From: Vulcanimicrobiota bacterium
GTDB taxonomy: Bacteria; Vulcanimicrobiota; Vulcanimicrobiia; Vulcanimicrobiales; Vulcanimicrobiaceae
Length of the DNA: 64,000 nt
Direction of reading: 5' to 3'
NCBI GenBank assembly: GCA_963812155.1
Contig: CAWETW010000003.1
Span: 96,001 to 160,000, forward strand
Shown: in pieces, positions 37,840-46,526 of the stretch
Position numbering within the stretch: position 1 is the first letter of the stretch
How the letters are laid out: each line of letters begins with the position of its first letter
Notes under the pieces: generated by a model
What the model saw: only the letters and a program-made list of their open reading frames with translations
Told to the model about the DNA's origin: nothing
Databases searched by the model: none
Made by a program: the position numbers and the translations under genes

Positions 37840-39561
37840 ATGCGACTTTTGGCTGCTCTGGCGCTCGCTTCCGCGCTGCCGGCGAGCGCGGCTCCTTCGC
37901 CGGCTGCCTCTCCCGCGCCGGCGGCGGGCGCGCATGCGATGGTCGTGACGGAGCAGCGCTACGCGACGGTGGCGGCGCTGCGAGTGTTGCGCGACGGCGG
38001 AAACGCGGTCGATGCGGCGGTTGCAGCGGGTTACGCGCTGGCCGTCGTCGATCCGTGTTGCGGAAACATCGGCGGCGGCGGGTTCATGCTCGTGCGCACG
38101 CGTTCCGGTGCGGAGCGCTTCATCGATTTTCGGGAGAAAGCCCCGGCGCGGGCGAGCCGCGACATGTATCTCGACGCGCGCGGCCGCGCCGTTCCGGCAC
38201 GTTCGCGCAAAGGCTGGCTCGCCGTCGGCGTCCCCGGCACGGTGCTCGGGATGGAAACGGCGCGGCGGGAATTCGGTACGATGTCGCGCGCGGCGCTGAT
38301 GGCCCCCGCGATTGCGCTCGCTCGCAACGGTTTCACGCTCGCGCAGGGCGATCTCGTTGCGTTCACCGGAGAGGCGTCGCAAGGGTATGCCGGCGCGTAC
38401 TGGTTTGCAGCGCAACCCAACGTGCGCGATATCTTCATGCGTGCCGGCCGTTTTCCCCAAGCCGGCACCGTGCTGGTGCAGCCGCAGTTGGCGCGCACGC
38501 TCGAGGCGATATCGTCGGGCGGTGCCGATGCGTTCTATCGCGGCGCGATCGCGCGCGACGTCGTGGCGGCCAGCCGCGCCGGCGGCGGCATTCTCACGCT
38601 GGACGACTTCGCCGGGTATCGCGTTGAAGAAACTGCGCCGCTGCATTGCGCGTTTCGAGGATACGACGTTGCGTCGGCTCCGCCGCCGAGCTCGGGAGGC
38701 GCCACACTGTGCGAAATTCTCAACGTCATCGCGCCTTTTCCGCTGAGCGCGTGGGGATGGCACAGCGCCCGAAGCGTGCACTACGTCACCGAAGCCGAAC
38801 GGCGCGCCTACGCCGACCGCAATGCGTATTTGGGCGATCCCGACTTCGTGCGCGATCCGGTCGCGCGGCTGCTTTCGCCGCAGTATGCCGCGGCCTTGCG
38901 CGCACGGATTTCGCCGAATCGCGCAACGCCGTCGACCGACGTCAAGCCGGGATTGGGCGCGATCGCCTACGAGGGCGGCGACACGACGCACTACTCGATC
39001 GTCGATCGTTGGGGAAATGCGGTCGCCGTCACGTACACGCTCAACGATTGGTTCGGCGCCGGCGTCATCGCCGGAAAGACCGGATTTTTCCTCAACGACG
39101 AGATGGACGATTTCACCGCCAAGCCCGGCGTACCGAATATGTACGGCCTCGTGCAGGGCGTTCGCAACGAGGTCGCTCCCGGCAAGCGGCCCCTGTCGTC
39201 GATGGCGCCGACGATCGTCACGAAAAACGGAAACGTCGTCATGGTGACGGGAAGTCCCGGCGGTTCGCGTATCATCACGATCGTGCTCGAAACGATCCTC
39301 GACGGGCTCGTTTACGGGATGAACGTGCGCGAAGCCGTCGACGCTCCGCGCACGCACATGCAGTGGCTTCCCGATGCCGTCGAGTACGAGTCCGGCGCGC
39401 TCTCCGCGACGGCCGTCGCGTCGCTGCACTCGATGGGCTACACGTTGACAAAAACGCCGGATTGGGGCAGCGCGCAAGCGATTTTCGTCGACCCGGTCAC
39501 CGGCGTGCGTTACGGCGGCAGCGACCGGCGCCGGCCGTCGGGCGCGGCACTCGGATATTGA
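37840..39561 (+). CDS. ggt: Gamma-glutamyltransferase
   Basis: GGNAVDAAVA, IDFREKAP, TTHYSIVD (autocleavage Thr), NDEMDDF, PLSSMAP, GSPGGSRI. Confidence 0.96.
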   Translation: MRLLAALALASALPASAAPSPAASPAPAAGAHAMVVTEQRYATVAALRVLRDGGNAVDAAVAAGYALAVVDPCCGNIGGGGFMLVRTRSGAERFIDFREKAPARASRDMYLDARGRAVPARSRKGWLAVGVPGTVLGMETARREFGTMSRAALMAPAIALARNGFTLAQGDLVAFTGEASQGYAGAYWFAAQPNVRDIFMRAGRFPQAGTVLVQPQLARTLEAISSGGADAFYRGAIARDVVAASRAGGGILTLDDFAGYRVEETAPLHCAFRGYDVASAPPPSSGGATLCEILNVIAPFPLSAWGWHSARSVHYVTEAERRAYADRNAYLGDPDFVRDPVARLLSPQYAAALRARISPNRATPSTDVKPGLGAIAYEGGDTTHYSIVDRWGNAVAVTYTLNDWFGAGVIAGKTGFFLNDEMDDFTAKPGVPNMYGLVQGVRNEVAPGKRPLSSMAPTIVTKNGNVVMVTGSPGGSRIITIVLETILDGLVYGMNVREAVDAPRTHMQWLPDAVEYESGALSATAVASLHSMGYTLTKTPDWGSAQAIFVDPVTGVRYGGSDRRRPSGAALGY

Positions 39562-39594
39562 GCGGCGCATCGCCAGGGCACGACGTGCGGCCCC

Positions 39595-39603
39595 TGGTAT
39601 AAC
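39595..39603 (+). promoter_or_regulatory. Extended -10 promoter (TGGTATAAC) 7 nt before the transketolase start; probable leaderless mRNA
   Basis: TG-G-TATAAC at 39595-39603; no SD before the ATG at 39611. Confidence 0.6.
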
Positions 39604-39610
39604 GGGCTCC

Positions 39611-40468
39611 ATGCAAACGCTGACGCCGGCGCGCCAAAAAGAACTCGAACTCAAAGCCAACGACGTGCGGCAAGGAATCATCCGTTCGCTGCTGGCGGCC
39701 GGGTCGGGTCACTCTGCAGGCCCGCTCGACATGTCCGACGTGTTCGCGGCGCTCTACGGATTCCTGATGCGCCACGATCCGGACCGTCCCGATTGGCCGG
39801 ATCGCGACCGGCTCTTACTTTCGTGCGGGCACATCGCGCCGGTGCGTTATTCGGCGATGGCGAATTTCGGATATTTTCCGGTCGAAGAACTGCTGACGTT
39901 GCGCAAGTTCGGTTCGCGGCTGCAAGGCCATCCCGAACGCGTCACGCTGCCGTCGGTCGAAACGACGTCGGGACCGCTAGGCGAAGGCCTCGCGCAAGGC
40001 GTCGGCATGGCGCTGGGCGCGAAGATGGACCGGAAAGATTTCCACGTGTGGGTGGTCACGTCGGACGCCGAGCATCAATGCGGTCTGCATTGGGAAGCGG
40101 TCTTGACGGCGGCCAAGTTTCGTCTCGACAACCTCACGAGCGTCGTCGACCGGAACTTCATTCAAATCGACGGCAGCACCGAAGACGTGATGCCGCTCGA
40201 GCCGCTTGCCGATAAATATCGCGCGTTCAACTGGGAAGTCTTCGAATGCGACGGCAACGACATCGGCGAGTTCATCGCAACGGCGCAGCGCGCGCGAGCC
40301 GTTACGGGAAAACCGCAGGTGATCGTCGCCAACACGGTCCCCGGCAAGGGCGTCTCCTACATGGAAGGCGACTACACGTGGCACGGCAAGCCGCCCAACG
40401 CGCAGCAAGCCGACGAAGCGTTACGCGAACTCGGCGAAGCGCGGGAAAAGATTCTTGCCGATGTCTAG
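39611..40468 (+). CDS. tkt: Transketolase, N-terminal (TPP-binding) subunit
   Basis: GSGHSAG, DRLLLSCGH, LQGHP, TSGPLGEG, SDAEHQCG, WHGKPP. Confidence 0.93.
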   Translation: MQTLTPARQKELELKANDVRQGIIRSLLAAGSGHSAGPLDMSDVFAALYGFLMRHDPDRPDWPDRDRLLLSCGHIAPVRYSAMANFGYFPVEELLTLRKFGSRLQGHPERVTLPSVETTSGPLGEGLAQGVGMALGAKMDRKDFHVWVVTSDAEHQCGLHWEAVLTAAKFRLDNLTSVVDRNFIQIDGSTEDVMPLEPLADKYRAFNWEVFECDGNDIGEFIATAQRARAVTGKPQVIVANTVPGKGVSYMEGDYTWHGKPPNAQQADEALRELGEAREKILADV

Positions 40469-41489
40469 CGCCGGAACGGGCGTGCGCGACGCCGCCGCCT
40501 CCGCCATGCACCTGCTCGACTATCGCGCCGGCGATCTCAAGCAAGTGCCGACGCGCAACGGTTTCGGCGAAGGTTTGATCGAGGCCGGCTCGCGCAATAG
40601 CGACGTGGTCGGAATTTGCGCGGATCTTTCCGAGTCGACCCGCTTCGAAGGTTTCAAGAAAGCGCATCCCGCGCAATACATCGAGATCGGCGTCTCCGAG
40701 CAGTTGCTCGTGGCGATGGCCGGCGGTCTTGCGTCGGTCGGAAAGATTCCGTGGATCGCCAGCTATGCGATGTTCAATCCGGGGCGCTCGTGGGAACAAG
40801 TGCGCACGATCATGGCGCTCAACGAAACCAACGTGAAGATCGCCGGCGCGCATGCCGGCGTTTCGGTCGGCCCCGACGGCGCAACGCACCAGGCCATTGA
40901 AGACATCGCCATCATGCGCGTGATCCCACACATGACGGTCGTCGTTCCGTGCGACGCGGAACAGACGAAGAAGGCGACGATCGCACTATCCGAGCGCTGG
41001 GGGCCCGTCTATCTGCGCTTCGGGCGCGAGAAGTCGCCGGTCGTCACCAGCGCGGAAACGCCCTTCGAGGTCGGCGTCGCGCAGACGTTCCGGGAGGGCA
41101 GCGACGTCGCGATCGTCGCGTGCGGAATCCTCGTCTATAATGCGCTCGTCGCCGCCGCCGACCTCGCTCGCGAAGACGGCATCGAATGCCGCGTCGTCAA
41201 CAACCACACCGTCAAGCCGATGGACGAAAACGCAATCGTCGATGCGGCGCGCGTATGCGGCGCCGTCGTTACGGTCGAAGAGCACCAGAAGCACGCCGGG
41301 ATGGGTTCGCGCGTCGCGGAAATTCTCGCCCAGAAGCGGCCCGTGCCGATCGAGTTCGTCGGCGTCGACGATCGATTCGGTCAGTCCGGCGATCCGGTCG
41401 AACTCATCGAGTTCTACGGCATGGGCGTCGGCGCGATCAAAGAGGCGGCCCGCCGCGCCCTCACCCGCAAACAACCCGTGTCATCCTGA
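40461..41489 (+). CDS. tkt: Transketolase, C-terminal subunit
   Basis: ADLSEST, IGVSEQ, GPDGATHQAIED, PVYLRFGR, VTVEEH. Confidence 0.93.
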   Translation: MSSAGTGVRDAAASAMHLLDYRAGDLKQVPTRNGFGEGLIEAGSRNSDVVGICADLSESTRFEGFKKAHPAQYIEIGVSEQLLVAMAGGLASVGKIPWIASYAMFNPGRSWEQVRTIMALNETNVKIAGAHAGVSVGPDGATHQAIEDIAIMRVIPHMTVVVPCDAEQTKKATIALSERWGPVYLRFGREKSPVVTSAETPFEVGVAQTFREGSDVAIVACGILVYNALVAAADLAREDGIECRVVNNHTVKPMDENAIVDAARVCGAVVTVEEHQKHAGMGSRVAEILAQKRPVPIEFVGVDDRFGQSGDPVELIEFYGMGVGAIKEAARRALTRKQPVSS

Positions 41490-41528
41490 GCGCAGCATCG
41501 AACGAAGTTCGATGCGCAGTCGAAGGAT
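41479..41528. repeat. REP-like palindromic element between the convergent tkt and rpsO genes (may also terminate transcription)
   Basis: TGTCATCCTGAGC...GTCGAAGGAT around a perfect 9-bp stem GCATCGAAC-GAA-GTTCGATGC (41495-41515). Confidence 0.6.
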
Positions 41529-41797
41529 TAGCGACGCAGACCTAAATCGGCGATAAGGGAGCGATAACGCTCGACGTCTTTGCTTTGCAGATAGTTGAGC
41601 AAGCGGCGGCGCTGTCCGACCTGCAGCAGCAAGCCGCGGCGGCTATGGTGATCCTTCTTGTGGATCTTCAAATGTTCGGTGAGGTGGTTGATCGAGGCGG
41701 TAAGGATCGCGACTTGCACTTCGGCCGAACCGGTGTCGTTGGTTCCGCGGCCGTATTTGCCGGCGATCTCCGCCTTGCGTTCTTTGGTGAGGGGCAC
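41528..41797 (-). CDS. rpsO: 30S ribosomal protein S15
   Basis: [13 protein letters not shown]...[12 protein letters not shown]...RRLLNYL...LGLRR; AGGAG RBS before the GTG. Confidence 0.98.
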   Translation of the reverse strand: MPLTKERKAEIAGKYGRGTNDTGSAEVQVAILTASINHLTEHLKIHKKDHHSRRGLLLQVGQRRRLLNYLQSKDVERYRSLIADLGLRR

Positions 41798-41877
41798 GAA
41801 AGACACTCCTTGCTCAGGATGGTCTCGCTCGGGTACAGGCGCGGCGTTGGGCTCGCGTCCGTCCCGGCGACCGGGCT

Positions 41878-41907
41878 ACCATAGCAGACGGCCGGGGGGT
41901 GAAGCAA
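41878..41907 (-). promoter_or_regulatory. rpsO promoter
   Basis: Minus strand: TTGCTT (41907-41902), 18 bp spacer, TATGGT (41883-41878) with TG extension. Confidence 0.6.
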
Positions 41908-41928
41908 CCCTTTTCAAGCAATCGGCGC

Positions 41929-42516
41929 GTGGTGGAGAAGCCATTCCTCGTTCCCGTCATCTACGGTTCGGTGCGGACCGAACGCAAGGGCATCCGGGCG
42001 GCCCGCTTCGTGCTGCGCGAACTGCAGCGACGCGGCATGGATGCGGTGCTCGTCGACCCGATGGAGAAGCGCCTTCCGCTGCTCGACCGGATGTATAAAG
42101 AGTTTCCCAAAGGTAAAGCGCCCGCTCCCCTGGAGGAGCTTGCGGATCTTTTCCGGCGCGCCGACGGCTTCGCCATCGTCTCCGGCGAGTATAACAACGG
42201 CATTCCGCCGGCGCTCAAGAATCTGCTCGATCACTTTCTCGAAGAGTATTTTTGGCGGCCGGCCGCAATCGCGTGCTACTCCGGCGGACGATGGGGCGGC
42301 GTGCGCGCCGCGATGCAGTTACGCATGTCGCTCGCGGAAATGGGCATGGTGACGATACCGAGTCTGCTTCCAACCGCGCGCGTGGGCGAAGCGTTCGCCG
42401 AAGACGGAACGCCGTCGGATCCGAAAACCGTGGAATATTCAGCTGAGTTCTTCGATGAATTCACGTGGTACATGGATGCGCTGCGAGCCCGGCGCAAATC
42501 CGGCGTACCGTACTAG
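41929..42516 (+). CDS. NADPH-dependent FMN reductase
   Basis: [36 protein letters not shown]. Confidence 0.92.
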   Translation: MVEKPFLVPVIYGSVRTERKGIRAARFVLRELQRRGMDAVLVDPMEKRLPLLDRMYKEFPKGKAPAPLEELADLFRRADGFAIVSGEYNNGIPPALKNLLDHFLEEYFWRPAAIACYSGGRWGGVRAAMQLRMSLAEMGMVTIPSLLPTARVGEAFAEDGTPSDPKTVEYSAEFFDEFTWYMDALRARRKSGVPY

Positions 42517-42526
42517 GAGCGTCGGC

Positions 42527-43300
42527 GTGAATCTGGAGATCGCGGGAAAAACCGCGCTCGTGACCGGCGCCAGTTCGGGAATCGGCGAAGCGGTCGCGCT
42601 GGCGCTGGCGCGTGAAGGCGTGCGGTTGGCGATTGCGGCGCGCCGCGCGGATCGTCTCGACGCGCTGGCAGATCGCGCGCGTTCCGCCGGTGCGGCGGAG
42701 GCCCGCGGATTTGCATTCGATCAAGGAGACGCCGCTTCGGTCGAGGCGATGCTCGCGGACGTGCGCGCGGCAGTCGGCGACGTCGAAATCCTCGTGCTCA
42801 ACGGCGGCGGACCCAAGCCCGGCCGCTTCGGTGAGACTGCGCTCGATGATTGGGATGCCGGATATCGCACCGTTCTACGCGGCATGCTCGCGCTTGCGAG
42901 CGGCGCGCTTCCCGCGATGCGCGCCGCACGCTGGGGACGCATCGTGGCGTTGACCTCCACCTCGGTGAAGCAGCCGATCGACACGCTCGTGCTCTCGAAT
43001 GCATTTCGAACGGCGCTCGTGTCGGCGCTGCGCACGCTGGCCGTTGAAGTTGCCTCCGAAGGAATCACCGTAAACTGCATCGCGACCGGCCGCGTCGATA
43101 CCGATCGCCTGCGCGAGCTCTACGACGGAAGCGATGCGGCGATGCACGCCGCGGCGGCCGCCGACGTGCCGATGAAACGAGTCACCACGCCGGAAGAGTT
43201 CGCACCGCTGGTCGCGTTTTTGTGCGGGCGGCCGTCGAGTTACGTAACGGGGCAGACGATTTCGATCGACGGCGGCTTGACGCGAGGCCTCTTCGGTTGA
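42527..43300 (+). CDS. SDR family oxidoreductase
   Basis: [33 protein letters not shown]. Confidence 0.93.
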   Translation: MNLEIAGKTALVTGASSGIGEAVALALAREGVRLAIAARRADRLDALADRARSAGAAEARGFAFDQGDAASVEAMLADVRAAVGDVEILVLNGGGPKPGRFGETALDDWDAGYRTVLRGMLALASGALPAMRAARWGRIVALTSTSVKQPIDTLVLSNAFRTALVSALRTLAVEVASEGITVNCIATGRVDTDRLRELYDGSDAAMHAAAAADVPMKRVTTPEEFAPLVAFLCGRPSSYVTGQTISIDGGLTRGLFG

Positions 43301-43641
43301 CGCACGCTCGCGAAGCGGAAGACGTGTACGTACGCGTCGCGCGGCGCGACGGCATCGTGCCGGGCGTTGCGACGATCGTCCGCGCCGGCGCGCACGAGGT
43401 GGCGATCTTCGACCTTGCGGGCGAACTGCGGGCGTACGAAAACTGCTGTCCGCATCAGGGCGGTCCGATCGGCGAAGGCATCGTCGACGGCGAGACCGTG
43501 ACCTGTCCGTGGCACGCGTGGTGTTTCGACCTTCGCGACGGCTCGATGACGATCGGCAACTTCGCATCGCTGCGTTCCTTCGGCGTGCGCGTTGACGGTG
43601 AGGACGTCTACGTCTCCGCCGAGCCGGAGATGCAACGGTGA
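43297..43641 (+). CDS. Rieske [2Fe-2S] ferredoxin
   Basis: CPHQGGP...CPWHAWCFD. Confidence 0.9.
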   Translation: MTHAREAEDVYVRVARRDGIVPGVATIVRAGAHEVAIFDLAGELRAYENCCPHQGGPIGEGIVDGETVTCPWHAWCFDLRDGSMTIGNFASLRSFGVRVDGEDVYVSAEPEMQR

Positions 43642-44144
43642 CCGGCGGCGACGCCGCTTGGAACGGGCGTGAGGGCACGGCGGGCGGCGCGGCGTTCGGC
43701 GACGCGCTGGCCGCGCTCGCGCGCGAACGCGAGGTACCCGTAGAAATGCTTGCCGAAGCGGCCGGACTGACGGCCGCCGAGTTCGCATCCGTCGTCGCCG
43801 GAACGCGCCGCGTCGGCGTGAGCGCGCTCGCGCAATTTGTAACGGCACTGCGGCTAAAACCGATCGAGTTCTTGCAGCGGGTAAAAATTCTCTCGCTTGA
43901 GGTCTACGCGTTCGGTCTCGATCCGCTCTATTTCTTACCCGAGGGACCGGTGCGTTACGACGCGCGCATCTACATGCGCGAGATCAATCCGCGGCATCGC
44001 GTTCCCGAGGGCGACATGACCCGCCGCAATACGACCCTCAAGGCGCTGGCCGAGGACGCGTTGCTCGATGCGAGCGGTAAGACGGAAGTCGAACTGGCTT
44101 ACTTGCTGCGGGCGGCCGTGGAACAGACCGGCGGCAGCCTCTAG
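43638..44144 (+). CDS. XRE-like HTH domain protein
   Basis: FGDALAALARER...LAEAAGLT..EFASVVAGTRRV; coupled to the Rieske gene. Confidence 0.65.
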   Translation: MTGGDAAWNGREGTAGGAAFGDALAALAREREVPVEMLAEAAGLTAAEFASVVAGTRRVGVSALAQFVTALRLKPIEFLQRVKILSLEVYAFGLDPLYFLPEGPVRYDARIYMREINPRHRVPEGDMTRRNTTLKALAEDALLDASGKTEVELAYLLRAAVEQTGGSL

Positions 44145-44209
44145 GAACCCCAAGCGCCGCGAGGCCGTGTAGGGTTCTTCGCGGGGGCACCGCGAACGAG
44201 GGGTTCCTG

Positions 44210-44776
44210 ATGCAAGGAGTTGAGGGAAAACGGATCGCTGCGTTGATCGGCGACGGCTTCGAAGAGGCCGATTTGATGGAGCCCCGCCGCGCGCTGGAAG
44301 AGGCGGGCGCGGTCGTGACGATCGTCGGAATGGACGAGCGCGCCAAGCAGCGCATCCGCGGGAAACGCGGGTTGGACGACGGGCAGAGCGTCAAGGCCGA
44401 GGAGCTGGTCGCGGACTGCACGGCCGAAGATTTCGATGCGCTGCTCGTGCCGGGCGGAACTTCACCGGACCGTATTCGCGCCGATCGCGACGTGCAGCGT
44501 TTTTGCCGTGAGTTCGATGCCGCCAAGAAGCCGACGTTCTCCATTGGTCACGGCGCGTACGTGCTCATTTCTGCGCAGCTCGTTCGCGGACGGCAGATTA
44601 CCGGCGCGCATTCGATTGCCGACGACATTCGCAACGCCGGCGGTCTCTATCGCGATCAACCGACGGTCGCCGACTCAAACTGGGTCTCGACTCGCGGAGG
44701 CGAAGACATCCCGCAGTTCAATCGCGCGATGCTCGAGAAACTCGCGACGGCTGCGCCGCCGCTCGTATCGCCGTAG
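44210..44776 (+). CDS. DJ-1/PfpI family protein lacking the catalytic Cys
   Basis: DGFEEADL, FDALLVPGG, SIGHG (normally AICHG), DIRNAGG, FNRAML. Confidence 0.88.
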   Translation: MQGVEGKRIAALIGDGFEEADLMEPRRALEEAGAVVTIVGMDERAKQRIRGKRGLDDGQSVKAEELVADCTAEDFDALLVPGGTSPDRIRADRDVQRFCREFDAAKKPTFSIGHGAYVLISAQLVRGRQITGAHSIADDIRNAGGLYRDQPTVADSNWVSTRGGEDIPQFNRAMLEKLATAAPPLVSP

Positions 44777-44806
44777 CGCGTTTCTCGTAACGAGGCGTTC
44801 ACGTTC

Positions 44807-44833
44807 ATGAAGCGGCGTTTATCGTCGCTTCAT
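44807..44833. terminator. Stem-loop downstream of the PfpI gene (possible terminator or regulatory site)
   Basis: ATGAAGCGGCG-TTTAT-CGTCGCTTCAT, 11-bp stem with one G-U pair. Confidence 0.4.
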
Positions 44834-44889
44834 CTGTGTTCGTCACGATGATGCTCCTTGAAGTCCCAAACAGAAAGGAGCAAGACCCC

Positions 44890-45336
44890 ATGACGATGCA
44901 ACATTTTTGCGCAGTCTCGGCGCTCGTAATCGCCTCGGCGTCGCTCGCCGGTTGCGCAAGCGGCACGCAGCCGTCCGCGACGAACGCCCTTCCCCTATCG
45001 AACGTTTCCCAAGTCACCCCGATGGACGGTCAAAACTGCGACGGCAGCGAGGGCGTCAAAGTCGCGCCGTGCCGATTGACGTTCGATGCAAAACATCCCG
45101 GACCCAAAGAGGTCGTCGTCTCGAGCGGAGACAACGACCGGCTCGCCATCAAAGAACGCGATGACTGCGCGGCACGAAACGTCGCGACCGTCACGCGGAT
45201 GTCGAACCATCGCTACGTCGTCACGGCGGGAAGCGCGAGAGGAACGTGCGTGGCAAACTTCGTTGCCGGCATGCAAAACGACGACCACGGGCATCGCGGC
45301 GCCGACCTCACCGTCGTTAACGTGCCGGAGCGGTAA
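44890..45336 (+). CDS. Hypothetical lipoprotein (Ig-like, 4 Cys in the mature part)
   Basis: AAAGGAG RBS; lipobox LAGC. Confidence 0.7.
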   Translation: MTMQHFCAVSALVIASASLAGCASGTQPSATNALPLSNVSQVTPMDGQNCDGSEGVKVAPCRLTFDAKHPGPKEVVVSSGDNDRLAIKERDDCAARNVATVTRMSNHRYVVTAGSARGTCVANFVAGMQNDDHGHRGADLTVVNVPER

Positions 45337-45338
45337 GA

Positions 45339-45917
45339 CTACACGGGATCGTAACGCGCCAGCGTTTCGCCGTATTGACGCACGGCGAGAAACGACGCGA
45401 ACGCGCAGAATGCCAGCGCACCCCAGACCGAGTGCGCGACCGCCGCGAGCGTAAACGCAATTGCGCTCGCGGCGCCTGCCATGCAGACGTAAAGCAGCTG
45501 GGCGGCACCCGCGCGGATCGTCGCGGACAACGCAATCAAGGTGCTGGCAACCGCGGCTCCCAGCGTCACGGCGAGCGTGATCGGAATCTCGCGCAATCCC
45601 GCAAACGTTGCCGCAGCGGCGACGTATGCAAACGTCGCTGGAACGACGATCGCGCACGGAACGAGTGCCCTTGCGCGCGCCAGTTGGCGTCCGAAGAGCG
45701 GCGCGCCTTGCTCGCACAGATCGAGGTGCGGAAAGCGGCCCGGGCTTTGCACCAATGCGATGACGATGCCGAGCACCGAACAGAAAAATACGGGCCCCGC
45801 GAGCGCGCGCGGAGCGACGAAGCCGGCGACTGCCGCCGTCGCGCAGGCAAAGGCCAGCGTGCGCCGCTCGGTGCGCAGACGCATCTCGAGAATGGCGATC
45901 GTCGCACGTCCCCTCAT
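45339..45917 (-). CDS. Multi-pass membrane protein (ABC-permease-like)
   Basis: About 6 hydrophobic segments; coupled to the degenerate ATPase upstream. Confidence 0.6.
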   Translation of the reverse strand: MRGRATIAILEMRLRTERRTLAFACATAAVAGFVAPRALAGPVFFCSVLGIVIALVQSPGRFPHLDLCEQGAPLFGRQLARARALVPCAIVVPATFAYVAAAATFAGLREIPITLAVTLGAAVASTLIALSATIRAGAAQLLYVCMAGAASAIAFTLAAVAHSVWGALAFCAFASFLAVRQYGETLARYDPV

Positions 45918-46462
45918 ACGAGCAATTCTTGGGCGGCGGCGGCGAAGGCCGCGGCATCCACCGGACTAAGGTGCGTCGAAAAGATTGCCCGCGGCCCGGC
46001 AGCGCCGACGATGCGCGCGGCGTATACCGGCTGCGGCCGGTCGAGCACGAGAATCTTCGGATTGCAGACGAGCGCGCCGGCCAGCGGAATGGCGAAGGCT
46101 TCGTGCACGCCGCCGAGGCGCGCCATCAGCAGTTTTGCATGGGCCACGGCGCGTCTGGGATCGAGATTCCACAGCGCGGCCCGGTAGGCGATGTAGCGAT
46201 CGAATTCGAGTCCCGCTAACGGTAACGCGTCGTGCGGAACGAATGCGGCGACGCGCTTACAGTGAGCCTGCTGCACGTGCGGATCGTACTGATCGAGAAG
46301 AACGCAGCCGCTGCCGGCTTTGACGATTCCGGCAGCCAGCAAGGCGACGACGTTGGCCTCCCGGGGCGACGTGCAGACGTACGCCGCGCGCTCGCCGGGA
46401 TCGACGTCGAGCGTGACCGGTCCAACGGCCGCGCCGCTCGCGGCGAAGCATGCCTCGCGCAT
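45914..46462 (-). CDS. Degenerate ABC ATPase-like protein
   Basis: ABC-fold remnants VTLDVDPGE, AFVPH, PKILVLDRP, IFSTH; no Walker A or signature motif. Confidence 0.6.
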   Translation of the reverse strand: MREACFAASGAAVGPVTLDVDPGERAAYVCTSPREANVVALLAAGIVKAGSGCVLLDQYDPHVQQAHCKRVAAFVPHDALPLAGLEFDRYIAYRAALWNLDPRRAVAHAKLLMARLGGVHEAFAIPLAGALVCNPKILVLDRPQPVYAARIVGAAGPRAIFSTHLSPVDAAAFAAAAQELLV

Positions 46463-46526
46463 GCGCAAGAGAAAGCTCAAGAGGCCTTCATTCAACGTCC
46501 CTTCAAAAGGAAGCCTACCGAAAACG

